Below are positions 46,889 through 57,170 of a DNA stretch of 64,000 nt, piece by piece (the first letter of the stretch is position 1; every line of letters begins with the position of its first letter). The notes under the pieces were generated by a model. The model searched no databases, was not told the origin of the DNA, and saw nothing but the letters and a program-made list of their open reading frames with translations. Both the position numbers and the translations under genes were made by a program. The stretch is from Chitinophagaceae bacterium (GTDB lineage: Bacteria; Bacteroidota; Bacteroidia; Chitinophagales; Chitinophagaceae), in NCBI GenBank assembly GCA_004322015.1, contig SCQT01000032.1:44981-108980 (forward strand). The letters are read 5' to 3'.

Positions 46889-47983
46889 ATGGATGAATCA
46901 AGAATTTGGCTTTTGGTTGCCAAAAAGATATCTAACGAAGCAAGCCAACAGGAACTTGCCGAATTAGATGCCATATTTAAAGCCAATCCTGGTTTACAAT
47001 ATGCTTTTTCAATCATTGATAAAATAAAAGGCCCATCTGCACAGGATTATGGCTTATCGGAAGCAGAAGAAAATAATTTGATACAAAAGAAATCAGCAGA
47101 GATAGATATGATTGTAGAGGCGGAGAAAAAAATAAAGCGGGTAAGCCATTCGCGGGTTGTATTAAGAAGGATCAGATGGGCGGCAGCTGGTCTTTTATTG
47201 CTGATCGGCTTATCTGCCGTTTATTATTTCTATACAAAAGAGGATCATAGCCGGCATCTTACGCAGGTGATTCCCCGGAACGAAGGTATTTATGTAGCGG
47301 ATACCCCCACCTCCATTACTCTCCAGGATGGAACTCAGGTTTGGCTGAACAGTGGCAGCACATTGAAATGTACAAAAGATTTTGGTAAAAAAGAGAGGCA
47401 GGTAATGCTTTCCGGCGAAGCCTATTTTGATGTAAAGCAGGATGCGGACAAGCCGTTTATTATACAGGCAGGCTCGTTTATGAAGGTAAAAGTCCTCGGC
47501 ACTGCTTTTAATGTAAAGGCTTATCCCAACGATCCTTATGTAGAAGCGTCCCTGATCAGCGGAAAAATAGCAGTAAAAATGGAAGATCACAGGGGAGAAC
47601 AGATTATTCTTAAGCCGCATGAAAAAGTGACTTTTTACCTGGATGATTCTTCATCGGTTGAATCTGCACAAGGTAAACACGTCGAAAATCAGGTGAAGTA
47701 TCATATTAACGCCCTGACCCCCAATCCGGTTGATCAGCATATTTCTGAACTGTCATGGATGAGAGGGGAACTGGCATTTAATGACATCTCCTTTATTGAA
47801 CTGGCGTATGATCTGGAAAGGACCTATCACGTAAATATCAGGTTTAAAGATGAGCAACTCAAAGAGTATCATCTTACCGGTGTTTTCAAAGGAGAAAATT
47901 TGAATGAGGTATTGCAGGCGTTGCAGGTTACTACACCCTTTCATTATGAAATCAGAAATAAAGAGGTTATTATTTATCGTTAA
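46889..47983 (+). CDS. FecR-family anti-sigma factor
   Basis: N-terminal anti-sigma helix, a single TM (WAAAGLLLLIGLSAVYYF) and a FecR periplasmic domain (GEAYFDV...F.V.T....V.VLGTAFNVKAY). Confidence 0.8.
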   Translation: MDESRIWLLVAKKISNEASQQELAELDAIFKANPGLQYAFSIIDKIKGPSAQDYGLSEAEENNLIQKKSAEIDMIVEAEKKIKRVSHSRVVLRRIRWAAAGLLLLIGLSAVYYFYTKEDHSRHLTQVIPRNEGIYVADTPTSITLQDGTQVWLNSGSTLKCTKDFGKKERQVMLSGEAYFDVKQDADKPFIIQAGSFMKVKVLGTAFNVKAYPNDPYVEASLISGKIAVKMEDHRGEQIILKPHEKVTFYLDDSSSVESAQGKHVENQVKYHINALTPNPVDQHISELSWMRGELAFNDISFIELAYDLERTYHVNIRFKDEQLKEYHLTGVFKGENLNEVLQALQVTTPFHYEIRNKEVIIYR

Positions 47984-48154
47984 CCAGTTAAAACCAAAAT
48001 CATGAGTAAAGACTGCATTACATAAAAATAAGAAACGCACCGGCATAAAGCGGTGCGTTCCTTCTCATTTGATTTAAAGTTCAGAAATCCCATGTTTCAG
48101 GAGGGAAGCCGGAAAGGGGATTTCCATTTAATCACATTAAACCGCAATAAAGGT

Positions 48155-51100
48155 ATGAAAAAGAAACCTAAAATGCCTGTTCATGGTAGGTTAAACATCA
48201 GGCGTAAAGTTTTAGTAAGTATGAAACTTATTTTTTTACTCACATTTGTTTGTTGTATGCAGGCGTCTGCCCGCGTATTTTCCCAGGATGTAAAGATTGA
48301 TCTGACACTCGAAAATACGAATATTACGAGGGCGCTGCGTATTATCAGCCACAAGAGTGAATACAGGTTTTTATATAATAATGACCTGCTTCCTCAGGAT
48401 ATGACTGTTAATATTGTCGCTAGACAGGAAACGGTTCCAGAAATCATGAAAACTATTTTGGGGAACACAGGCCTTACCTTCCGGGTTCTCAGCAACAAAC
48501 TGATCGCCATCGGCTATCAGACTCAGATGATTGAAAATATTACGGGCACGGTGACCGATTCTGCGGGACATCCACTGGTAGGTGTTACCATACAGATCAA
48601 AGGCACAACCATAGGAACAGTAACTGATGCGAACGGTAACTTTTCTTTAGAGGCGCCGGAAAATGCGACCTTACTGGTTTCTTACATTGGCTATGTGACG
48701 AGGGAAGTTCCGGTGAGCGGACAGACCCGTCTTAATATTGTGTTGCAAACTGCAGCCACAGGCTTGAACGAAGTGGTGGTTACTGCCTTAGGCATCAAGA
48801 GACAGGAAAGAGAGTTGGGCTATGCCACACAGGAAATAAAAGGCAGTACACTGGAAACAGTGAAAGGCATAGATGTGGGGACTTCGCTTACCGGTAAGAT
48901 TTCCGGATTGATGGTAAAGAATAGCCCGGATTTTATGTCGTCACCTGAAATTACCATGCGTGGAGAAACGCCGCTGCTGGTCATTGACGGAGTACCTTAT
49001 GGTAATATGTCCCTGAGAGAGATCCCTGCTGATGACATTGAATCCATTAACTTTCTGAAAGGAGCCACTGCTTCTGCACTGTACGGATCCAGAGGAGGAA
49101 GTGGTGCTATCATGGTGACCACAAAGCATGGGGCAGGTAAAAAAGGATTTTCGGTTTCTGTGAATAGCAGCACCATGTTCCAGGCTGGTTATCTCGCGAT
49201 TCCCGAAATGCAAAATAAATATGGTCGGGTGGTGAATACGGCCACCAATACTTATGTTCGCTCAGGTGACGGTTCATGGGGACCTCCGCTGAACGGACAA
49301 GATGTTATTCAATGGGATCCTGTCAGCAAGACGATGAAGGCTATGCCTTTTATTGCGAGGGGGAAAGATAATTTTAAGAATTTCCTTCGTCAGGGATATA
49401 TTTTAAATAACAATGTCAGCGTAAGCCAGGTGGGAGACATGGGTGGTTTCAGGGCATCCGCTACCTGGGTACAAAATAGGGGCGCTTACCCTAATGCCCG
49501 TTTTGATAAAATTACATACAGTGTGGGTGGTGATATCAAATTCGATCGTTTTACCCTCACCACCTCTGTGGCTTATAATAATGAGTCTTCACCCAATATG
49601 GGCTTCAGCGGATACACCGGTTATGATCCGATGTATAGCTTGCTGGTTTGGGGTTCTCCTGACTGGAATATCCTGGATTATAAAAACTACTGGGTGGTCC
49701 CAAATGAAGTGCAGAACAGCAGTTATACAGCAACTATTAATAACCCCTATTTCGACAGGTACCAAAGGACGCATTCTTATAAAAAAGATGTTTTTAACGG
49801 GCAGTTTACTGCCACTTATGATGTGGCCGGCTGGCTGAAGGCTATGCTCAGGACGGGCTATGATAATTACAGCAACAAGCAGGAAATTACTATTTCAAAA
49901 GGTTCATTCCAGGGCGGTGGCTCCAGTACCGTCTTAAACGACGGCTCGCAAGTATGGGGAGAATCGCAAAGGGGTTCTTACAATGTAGGTATTGGCAGAG
50001 GTTTCAGCACAAACACAGATGCGATGCTGACAGCACAAAAGAATGTGAATGATTTCTCAGTAAACGGGTTTCTGGGTGGTTCTATCTTTTATCAACAGAA
50101 CGAAGGCATGGAAGCCATGACACAGGGAGGTTTATCTATCCCTGCATTTTATTCGCTGAAAGCATCTATGAATCCCGTTTATGTCAATGCTTTGACCTCC
50201 AAAGAACAGATTAACAGCTTTTACGGAAAATTAGGATTAGGGTGGAAAAACCTGGCATTTGTGGAAGGAACCTTTCGTAATGACTGGGCATCCACCCTGC
50301 CTAAAGCGACCCGTTCTTACTTATATCCCAGTGTCTCAGGAAGCTTTATCCCAAGTGAATTATTCCATACCAATGACTGGCTGTCGTTTTGGAAATTGCG
50401 CGGGTCCTGGACTACATATCGTACACCGGCAGGCATTTATGACATAAACAATGTATATACCATCACCCCCAATGCATGGGGAACTATGAGTTCCGCATCC
50501 TTCCCCACCAGCATACGCCCTTCCAACATTCATGCGGAAGGTTCCGGATCCACAGAAGTGGGTACTAACGCCAGTTTCCTAGGTAACAGGATATCCTTAG
50601 ACGTAACGCTTTACAAGAAAAAGATGTATGATTTTATTGTCAAAGCACCGATCAGTCCCTCCTCGGGATTTACTTCGGTTTATACCAACAGTAATGAAGA
50701 ACGTACACGCAGGGGAATAGAAGTTACTCTGAATGCTACGCCTGTTAAAATAAAGGATTTCTCATGGGATGTGAGTTTTAACTGGACAAAGTATGCCACT
50801 TTTTTCACCAGGCTCGATTCTCAATATTCTGTGAATAACAGGGATTGGGTAAAGGTAGGCAAGCGTGTGGATTATTATACTATCAATCAATATCAGACAG
50901 ATAATAAGGGCGATATTGTTTTCAACAATGGTGTTCCCACCTATAAGCCGATATTATCTTTGGCTGGATATGCTGATCCTGACTGGATTTGGGGATTTAA
51001 TACTAATCTCCATTATAAAAGCTTTTCCTTATCTCTGTCCATGGATGGGAGGGTAGGCGGTCTGGCGCAATCTACCACCGAAATGTATATGTGGATATCC

Positions 51101-51568
51101 GGCAACCACCCCAATTCTTTGACGGAGGCAAGATATGAGGATGCCACCAACGCGGGTACGAAAAACTTTTTAGGGAAAGGGGTAAAAGTAGTATCGGGCG
51201 CTATCACGTATGATGCCAATTATCACGTAGTAAGCGATACCCGTGTGTTCGCTCCCAATGATGTGTACACCACTTATAAATCTTATATATCGGCCCTCCA
51301 TAAAGGCACCGCCTGGGGCGGGAATCCTTCTCCGGTGGATTTATACAGCACTACTTTCTTAAAATTAAGAGAAGTGGCGCTGACCTGGCAAATGCCCGTC
51401 TCCATGAGGGAGAGGATCCACTCTAAAGGGATAGCTGTTTCCCTGGTAGGTCAAAACCTGATTTATTGGGCAAAACAGTTTAAGTATTCTGACATTGACG
51501 GCGGAACAGAAAACTTTTCCGATCCTTCAATTCGATATGTCGGTTTCGATATCAAGCTTGATTTTTAA
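48155..51568 (+). CDS. SusC/RagA-family TonB-dependent transporter with N-terminal STN signalling domain
   Basis: STN domain (ITRALRIISHKSEYRFLYNN), CarboxypepD_reg domain (ITGTVTDSAGHPLVGVTIQIKGT), a plug with NFLKGA..ALYGSRG, and a C-terminal ...FDIKLDF. Confidence 0.9.
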   Translation: MKKKPKMPVHGRLNIRRKVLVSMKLIFLLTFVCCMQASARVFSQDVKIDLTLENTNITRALRIISHKSEYRFLYNNDLLPQDMTVNIVARQETVPEIMKTILGNTGLTFRVLSNKLIAIGYQTQMIENITGTVTDSAGHPLVGVTIQIKGTTIGTVTDANGNFSLEAPENATLLVSYIGYVTREVPVSGQTRLNIVLQTAATGLNEVVVTALGIKRQERELGYATQEIKGSTLETVKGIDVGTSLTGKISGLMVKNSPDFMSSPEITMRGETPLLVIDGVPYGNMSLREIPADDIESINFLKGATASALYGSRGGSGAIMVTTKHGAGKKGFSVSVNSSTMFQAGYLAIPEMQNKYGRVVNTATNTYVRSGDGSWGPPLNGQDVIQWDPVSKTMKAMPFIARGKDNFKNFLRQGYILNNNVSVSQVGDMGGFRASATWVQNRGAYPNARFDKITYSVGGDIKFDRFTLTTSVAYNNESSPNMGFSGYTGYDPMYSLLVWGSPDWNILDYKNYWVVPNEVQNSSYTATINNPYFDRYQRTHSYKKDVFNGQFTATYDVAGWLKAMLRTGYDNYSNKQEITISKGSFQGGGSSTVLNDGSQVWGESQRGSYNVGIGRGFSTNTDAMLTAQKNVNDFSVNGFLGGSIFYQQNEGMEAMTQGGLSIPAFYSLKASMNPVYVNALTSKEQINSFYGKLGLGWKNLAFVEGTFRNDWASTLPKATRSYLYPSVSGSFIPSELFHTNDWLSFWKLRGSWTTYRTPAGIYDINNVYTITPNAWGTMSSASFPTSIRPSNIHAEGSGSTEVGTNASFLGNRISLDVTLYKKKMYDFIVKAPISPSSGFTSVYTNSNEERTRRGIEVTLNATPVKIKDFSWDVSFNWTKYATFFTRLDSQYSVNNRDWVKVGKRVDYYTINQYQTDNKGDIVFNNGVPTYKPILSLAGYADPDWIWGFNTNLHYKSFSLSLSMDGRVGGLAQSTTEMYMWISGNHPNSLTEARYEDATNAGTKNFLGKGVKVVSGAITYDANYHVVSDTRVFAPNDVYTTYKSYISALHKGTAWGGNPSPVDLYSTTFLKLREVALTWQMPVSMRERIHSKGIAVSLVGQNLIYWAKQFKYSDIDGGTENFSDPSIRYVGFDIKLDF

Positions 51569-51601
51569 CGGTTTTACAGACCATTTTAAAATAAAAGAAT
51601 T

Positions 51602-53131
51602 ATGAACAGGATATTAAAAAATACAGGATTATATGTTGTTTTCGGCATCTCGTTGCTGACATCCTGTAATAAATTCGACGAGATAAATAATAATCCGGAT
51701 GCTACCAACAAGGTGAATGCATCGTTGTTGGCTACCAAAATAATTTTGCAAAACCTGAAGTACCAGGGCAGGGATGCCAAAGCTTACCTGTCGGATAATG
51801 GCATATCCAAATATATTGCTTATGGTAATGAGACCATTTTGTCCACGCAATATAATTATTTGGGGGCTGCAGATTTCGGTCCCATGACCCTTGTTCCCAA
51901 TGTGAACAGTATGCTGGCTAATGCCGCAGGAAGCCAGATGGAGAATTCCTATAAAGGATTAGCCAAATTCTCAAGGGCCTTTATGTTTTATTATCTGACC
52001 ATGGAAGTGGGAGATATTCCCTACAGCGCAACCGGTCAGGGAGCCAAGGGAAGCATCCGTCCGGTGTACGATCAGCAGGAGGCTGTGTTTAAAGGTATCC
52101 TCGATGAATTGAAAGATGCTGACGGATTTTTCGCCCAAGGCATTAAGTTCGACGGCGACCCCACACCTTATAATGGCGATCCCGATAAATGGCGAAGAGC
52201 CTCTAATGCCTTTGCCCTGAAAGTATTAATGTCCCTGGCAAATAAGGCGGGAGATGCCAATCTTAATATTAAAGGCAGATTTGCAGATATTGTTAATAGT
52301 GGTGAATTGTTGCAATCCAATACCGGTTTCCTGGGTTTAAATTATTCTGCCACTAATCCACACCCTATGTCGGGTACAAATGATCTGTTTACCAGCAGGA
52401 CAATTATCAGCCATTTGGTGATGGCTAATTTAAAAGCATTGAATGACAGAAGGCTTTTTTATTTTGCTGATCCTGCAAAGTCATTAGTCGCGGGTGGTAA
52501 GTCCGGCTCTGATACTGCTGCTTACGCAGGAGCCAATGTGACTGATGATTATAACACGATCACTGCCAATCTGATCGCTGACAAATATTCCCTTCTTAAT
52601 TCACGCTACCTGAAAGTACAGGCCGGAGATCCGCGAATTATGGTTTCTTATGCAGAGCAGCAGTTGATATTAGCTGAAGCGCGCATTTTAGGATGGATCA
52701 CGGCAGGTGCAGCCGGAGATTATTACGAATCGGGGGTAAAAGCCGCCCTGGCGACTTATACATCTGTTGATCCTTCTTTTGTGCATGGTAACCCGATTAC
52801 CCAAACTTATATTAATAATTATTTTACCGGGGAAGCAGCGTTTAAATCCAATCCGGATGATCAGCTAAAACAAATATGGCTTCAACGTTATTTACTACAG
52901 TTTATGCAGGATCCTGTTTCTGCCTTTTTTCTGCAACGCAGAACCGGTTACCCGGCATTTCCTATCAATCCTGCCACCTCACTCAACGTAAATAATCCGA
53001 ATGCCATTCCGGTACGTTGGCTGTATCCAGGCTCTGAATTAAATTATAATAAAGACAATCTGATCCAGGCGCTCAATCGCCAGTATGGCGGGGTAGATGA
53101 TATTAATAATAAAATGTGGCTGTTAAAGTAA
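51602..53131 (+). CDS. SusD/RagB-family nutrient-binding lipoprotein
   Basis: Lipobox LLTSC. It lies immediately downstream of SusC and has a TPR-like helical composition. 509 aa. Confidence 0.8.
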   Translation: MNRILKNTGLYVVFGISLLTSCNKFDEINNNPDATNKVNASLLATKIILQNLKYQGRDAKAYLSDNGISKYIAYGNETILSTQYNYLGAADFGPMTLVPNVNSMLANAAGSQMENSYKGLAKFSRAFMFYYLTMEVGDIPYSATGQGAKGSIRPVYDQQEAVFKGILDELKDADGFFAQGIKFDGDPTPYNGDPDKWRRASNAFALKVLMSLANKAGDANLNIKGRFADIVNSGELLQSNTGFLGLNYSATNPHPMSGTNDLFTSRTIISHLVMANLKALNDRRLFYFADPAKSLVAGGKSGSDTAAYAGANVTDDYNTITANLIADKYSLLNSRYLKVQAGDPRIMVSYAEQQLILAEARILGWITAGAAGDYYESGVKAALATYTSVDPSFVHGNPITQTYINNYFTGEAAFKSNPDDQLKQIWLQRYLLQFMQDPVSAFFLQRRTGYPAFPINPATSLNVNNPNAIPVRWLYPGSELNYNKDNLIQALNRQYGGVDDINNKMWLLK

Positions 53132-53175
53132 GCAGGAGTTATATTACATATCCTGCAAATTGCAGGTAAAGAATA

Positions 53176-53209
53176 AAAACCCCGGTCCAGGCAGAGCCGG
53201 GGTTTTTTA
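53176..53209 (+). terminator. Rho-independent terminator after SusD
   Basis: Stem AACCCCGG (53178-53185) pairs with CCGGGGTT (53197-53204), followed by TTTT. Confidence 0.75.
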
Positions 53210-53397
53210 ATAAAATCTGACTCTGCCGTAACATTTTTCCCTTCAAATCCGTCTTCCATACATCATGATGATAAGCAACCTTTTTCGTTCCTGCTTGTCC
53301 TTAGTATAATTCTTAACATCCCCACAGTTTTAATAAACCGTTCATCACGGATTTTTACCTTTTAATAATTATATAGTAGTATGTATTACAAGGTACA

Positions 53398-53405
53398 TAT
53401 CTTTG
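53398..53405 (+). promoter_or_regulatory. Bacteroidota -7 box (TAtcTTTG)
   Basis: Exact TAnnTTTG match 40 nt upstream of the ATG at 53445. Confidence 0.4.
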
Positions 53406-53444
53406 TCATGCCGTTTGTTTAGACAAGTATTAAAATAATTAAAA

Positions 53445-55949
53445 ATGAAACCACGTCTTTCCTTAACCATCTCATTGATCCTCTGCTTATTGTACAACTC
53501 AGTAAAAGCACAATCTAATATCAAGACAATCCTTCAGGAGCCAAACCATACGGCAGAGATAAGAGGAAAAGTAGCCGATGAAAATCATCAGGCGATTCCT
53601 TTTGCCACAATCACTCTTTTGAAAGCCGGCGATTCATCTCTGGTCAAAGGCGACATTTCTGACCAGGAAGGGAATTATGATTTTTCAGCAATTCCCAATG
53701 GCAAATACATAGTTTCTGCGTCAGTAATAGGGATGATTAAGGCGTATAGTCAGCCGTTTACCTTGGATGACGCTAAAAAAACCTTAAATGTCTCAGATTT
53801 AATATTAAAGCAAAATACCAATTTGCTGAAAGGAGTCAGCATCACATCTACCAAACCATTTATTCAAAGGGAAATTGACAAAACTGTCGTTAATGTAGAG
53901 AATAGTATTGTAAGCGCAGGCAGTAGTGCCTGGGAAATATTGCAGAAATCCCCGGGCGTCACAGTAGATAACAGTAATAATACTATCCGCCTTCAGGGAA
54001 AGACGGGGGTGCAGATATATATAGACGGAAGACCTGCCTACCTGTCTTCCGATCAATTGGCAACGGTGCTGAAGAATATGAACTCGGGGTCCATCAAATC
54101 TATCGAGATCATGACTCAGCCGCCTGCTAAATATGATGCTGCCGGAAATGCAGGCATCATTAATATTATCACCCGTAAAAACAAAGAAAAAGGATTCAAC
54201 GGCAGTCTGACGGCGGGGATCGGGCAGGGGAGGCATTTAAGAGAAAGTGCGGGAACCAATCTGAATTACCGGAATGGAAAGATAAACCTGTACGGTAATT
54301 ATGATTTTAACCACAATATTTGGTGGAACAATAACTATATCACAAGGAATTTTTATGATGGCACGGGTAAAACATTGAGTACGCGTACAGAACAGTACAG
54401 TTATCATAATTCACCTAACTATAATCATGATTTTAAAGCAGGAATAGATTATTACCTGAATGATAAAAATACTCTCGGCATCATGATGAACGGGTCTTTG
54501 AATCCTTCCACGGATGACCGTTATAATACTACCTGGTTTAAAAATGGAAGCGGGTCTATCGAAAATACAAGCCTGACGCACAGTACGGAAAAGGCGCATT
54601 GGACCAATTATACTTATGACCTGAACTACCAGGGATATTTCGATACTACAGGAAAGGAATTAGATATTGATCTGGCTTATTCCAGGTTTGATAATGCAGC
54701 TTTGGATAATTATCATACGTATGCCGTTTATCCGGACGGATCAGCGTTACCTGATTTGCCCGGCTCGCCGAATCCGAATATTCGTAAAGGTTCGATCCCG
54801 ACTATCATTGATATTAAAACTGCTAAAATTGATTACACCCTGCCTTTAAAACATCAGGTGAAATTGTCTTTCGGAGCTAAAACAAGCCTGGTAACATCTG
54901 ATAATAATATCCAATATTTTCAGTTGGATAATACAAATAAGCAATGGCTATACGATTCTGCCAGCAATCATTTTAAATATACGGAAAATATTAATGCAGC
55001 CTATATTAATTTTAACAAAGAATTTAAAAAGGGGTGGGGGCTTCAGCTTGGATTAAGAGGAGAACAAACTGTTTCCTCAGGACATCAGTATAATAATGAT
55101 TCTACTGTTAAAAAGAATTATTTTCAATTATTCCCGACGGTATTTATCAATAAGAAATTGGATAAAAACAATACATTGAGTTTATCTTACAGCCGCCGGA
55201 TTGACCGCCCCGATTACCAGACATTGAATCCTTTCCGTTACTATCTGGATCCTTATACCTATGAGGAAGGCAATCCTTATCTGCAGCCGCAAATTTCCAA
55301 TACGGTCAATCTTTCTTATGCTTATAAGAGTCTTTTAATTGCGTCGTTAAGTTACAGCCATGTCAGTGATGTAATGACGCAGGTTTTAAAGCAGGATGAT
55401 TCCGCACTGATAACCTATCAAACCATGGAAAACCTGGCTCAAATGCAGAACGTGGGATTAAATGTGTCTCTTTCCATCCCGGTTACTTCCTGGTGGATGA
55501 GCAATAATTCGGTGAATGCATTTTATAATGTATTCCGGGGGGAATTTTTGGGAGCTTATCTGAACTTCGGAAAACCGGCATTTACTGCTAATACAACTAA
55601 CAGCTTCACACTTGGAAAAGGATTCACTGCGGAACTGAGTGGATATTATAATTCGACTATGCTATGGAGCATATTTACCATTCGGCCTCAATATTCCGTA
55701 TCGGCAGGCATTCAGAAAACACTGATGAAAGACAAGGCAACATTAAAGTTGAATGTAAACGATATTTTTCATACGCAACATTCTTTTGCTTCTGTCAAAT
55801 ATCAAAACCTGGATATAACCTCCCTCAATCACTGGGATAGCCAAAGAGTAGGGTTGACGTTTACCTGGAGATTTAATAAAGGAAATGTGAAGCCGGTGCA
55901 TCATCATCAGTCGGCCATAGAAGAAGAACAGGATAGGATCAAGAAATGA
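53445..55949 (+). CDS. TonB-dependent receptor / outer membrane beta-barrel family protein with CarboxypepD_reg domain
   Basis: Signal peptide, the region IRGKVADENHQAIPFATITL, a plug-like region and a long beta-barrel. It has no SusD partner. Confidence 0.75.
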   Translation: MKPRLSLTISLILCLLYNSVKAQSNIKTILQEPNHTAEIRGKVADENHQAIPFATITLLKAGDSSLVKGDISDQEGNYDFSAIPNGKYIVSASVIGMIKAYSQPFTLDDAKKTLNVSDLILKQNTNLLKGVSITSTKPFIQREIDKTVVNVENSIVSAGSSAWEILQKSPGVTVDNSNNTIRLQGKTGVQIYIDGRPAYLSSDQLATVLKNMNSGSIKSIEIMTQPPAKYDAAGNAGIINIITRKNKEKGFNGSLTAGIGQGRHLRESAGTNLNYRNGKINLYGNYDFNHNIWWNNNYITRNFYDGTGKTLSTRTEQYSYHNSPNYNHDFKAGIDYYLNDKNTLGIMMNGSLNPSTDDRYNTTWFKNGSGSIENTSLTHSTEKAHWTNYTYDLNYQGYFDTTGKELDIDLAYSRFDNAALDNYHTYAVYPDGSALPDLPGSPNPNIRKGSIPTIIDIKTAKIDYTLPLKHQVKLSFGAKTSLVTSDNNIQYFQLDNTNKQWLYDSASNHFKYTENINAAYINFNKEFKKGWGLQLGLRGEQTVSSGHQYNNDSTVKKNYFQLFPTVFINKKLDKNNTLSLSYSRRIDRPDYQTLNPFRYYLDPYTYEEGNPYLQPQISNTVNLSYAYKSLLIASLSYSHVSDVMTQVLKQDDSALITYQTMENLAQMQNVGLNVSLSIPVTSWWMSNNSVNAFYNVFRGEFLGAYLNFGKPAFTANTTNSFTLGKGFTAELSGYYNSTMLWSIFTIRPQYSVSAGIQKTLMKDKATLKLNVNDIFHTQHSFASVKYQNLDITSLNHWDSQRVGLTFTWRFNKGNVKPVHHHQSAIEEEQDRIKK

Positions 55950-56050
55950 TGGTTGGATGGCTTAATGGTTGGATTGTTTGATAGCTAAACTTAATGCCAG
56001 TTTAACCATAAGACCATAAAACCATAGAACCATAGAACAATAGAACCATT
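55947..56050. repeat. Inverted pair of 8-nt-phased arrays (ATGGTTNN x5, spacer, NACCATAR x6) starting at the TBDR stop codon
   Basis: ATGG/ATTG/ATAG at 55949, 55957, 55965, 55973 and 55981. CCAT at 56006, 56014, 56022, 56030, (CAAT 56038) and 56046. Confidence 0.8.
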
Positions 56051-56591
56051 CATAATTTTAATCTTTGATTTGGAGTATTTAACCGATTATTTTCCTCGTT
56101 TTATCGAATAAATTTTCTTAACGGAAGAAGCCGTTATTTCTTTGCAGTCGTTTGTTAAAGGAAATAAAAATAGTGATAAATAGGATGAGCGGTATAACCG
56201 GTTGTAACATTTCTTACGTTTATTCGTCTTAATGAAGAATGAAAATGAAACCACATTATAACCATTATGTATGTATCAAAACCGGACAAAAAGTGTTCGG
56301 AACCGTACAACACCGAACGGGTAGAATGATTAATCAGATTGAATCTCAACGTTCTTTATCAGAGGTATGAATTGGCACAGTCTGTGTCTTTAAGCAGCGG
56401 GTAAACCAATACAAAAATAATTTAACTATCTTATTAAAAATAAACCTAAACTTATGGCCCCATGAAGCAACCTTTAAACTTTTCCCTGTCTTTATAAATA
56501 ACAAGCGCGCAATTAAAGACTGAAGTTAACTACAACCACATTTATTACAACACAGATTAAATTTATTCTCAAAACATTAAAAAAATTTATT

Positions 56592-57038
56592 ATGAAAACG
56601 ATCATCAAAATGCTTTTTGCAGCATTATTAATCGGCGGAACTGCTTTCGCAGCCAATGCGCAGGATTCTCAACCCCAGGCTAATCAAAAACCGGGTAAAT
56701 ACGAGGTGAATACTCAATTACTTGAACAGACGGGAACGTATGAGCAACGGAAGCTATATCGCGAGTTTTTGACGGAGTATATGAAAAATTGTCCTTACAT
56801 CAGCAACTTCAGCATTCATGAAGCGATGGGTTCTCATAACAATCACGAGGTGGTTTGGACCTATAACGTAAACGGATGGAATGATATTACCAGGTTTTAT
56901 AGCTGGGTCAGTGATCAATTAAAATCCACAAAAGAAGACGGATTGAAAAAAGCTATGACACCTTATGCGCCGGATTATGCTATCGGAGGGCAAATTCGTG
57001 TAGAAAAAAGAAGCAAGGCAGCTCTTGCAAAAGATTAA
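56592..57038 (+). CDS. Secreted hypothetical protein
   Basis: Signal peptide ending in ANAQ. 148 aa. No family was recognised. Confidence 0.45.
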   Translation: MKTIIKMLFAALLIGGTAFAANAQDSQPQANQKPGKYEVNTQLLEQTGTYEQRKLYREFLTEYMKNCPYISNFSIHEAMGSHNNHEVVWTYNVNGWNDITRFYSWVSDQLKSTKEDGLKKAMTPYAPDYAIGGQIRVEKRSKAALAKD

Positions 57039-57170
57039 AAGTGTGGGATGTTTAATTATAAAGCACCCCGGTTCTCCGGGGGGCTGCCGGGGATGGGATA
57101 AAGATGCGGTGCGTTGCGTCTCTACATCTCCGGCAGCCCTCATACAGTTGGGTTTTTGGTTGATAGAAAT

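Noticed and set aside
55947-56050. The short-period repeats as a CRISPR array.
   Set aside because: The units are 8 nt, degenerate and contiguous, with no spacers. No cas genes are present in the window.
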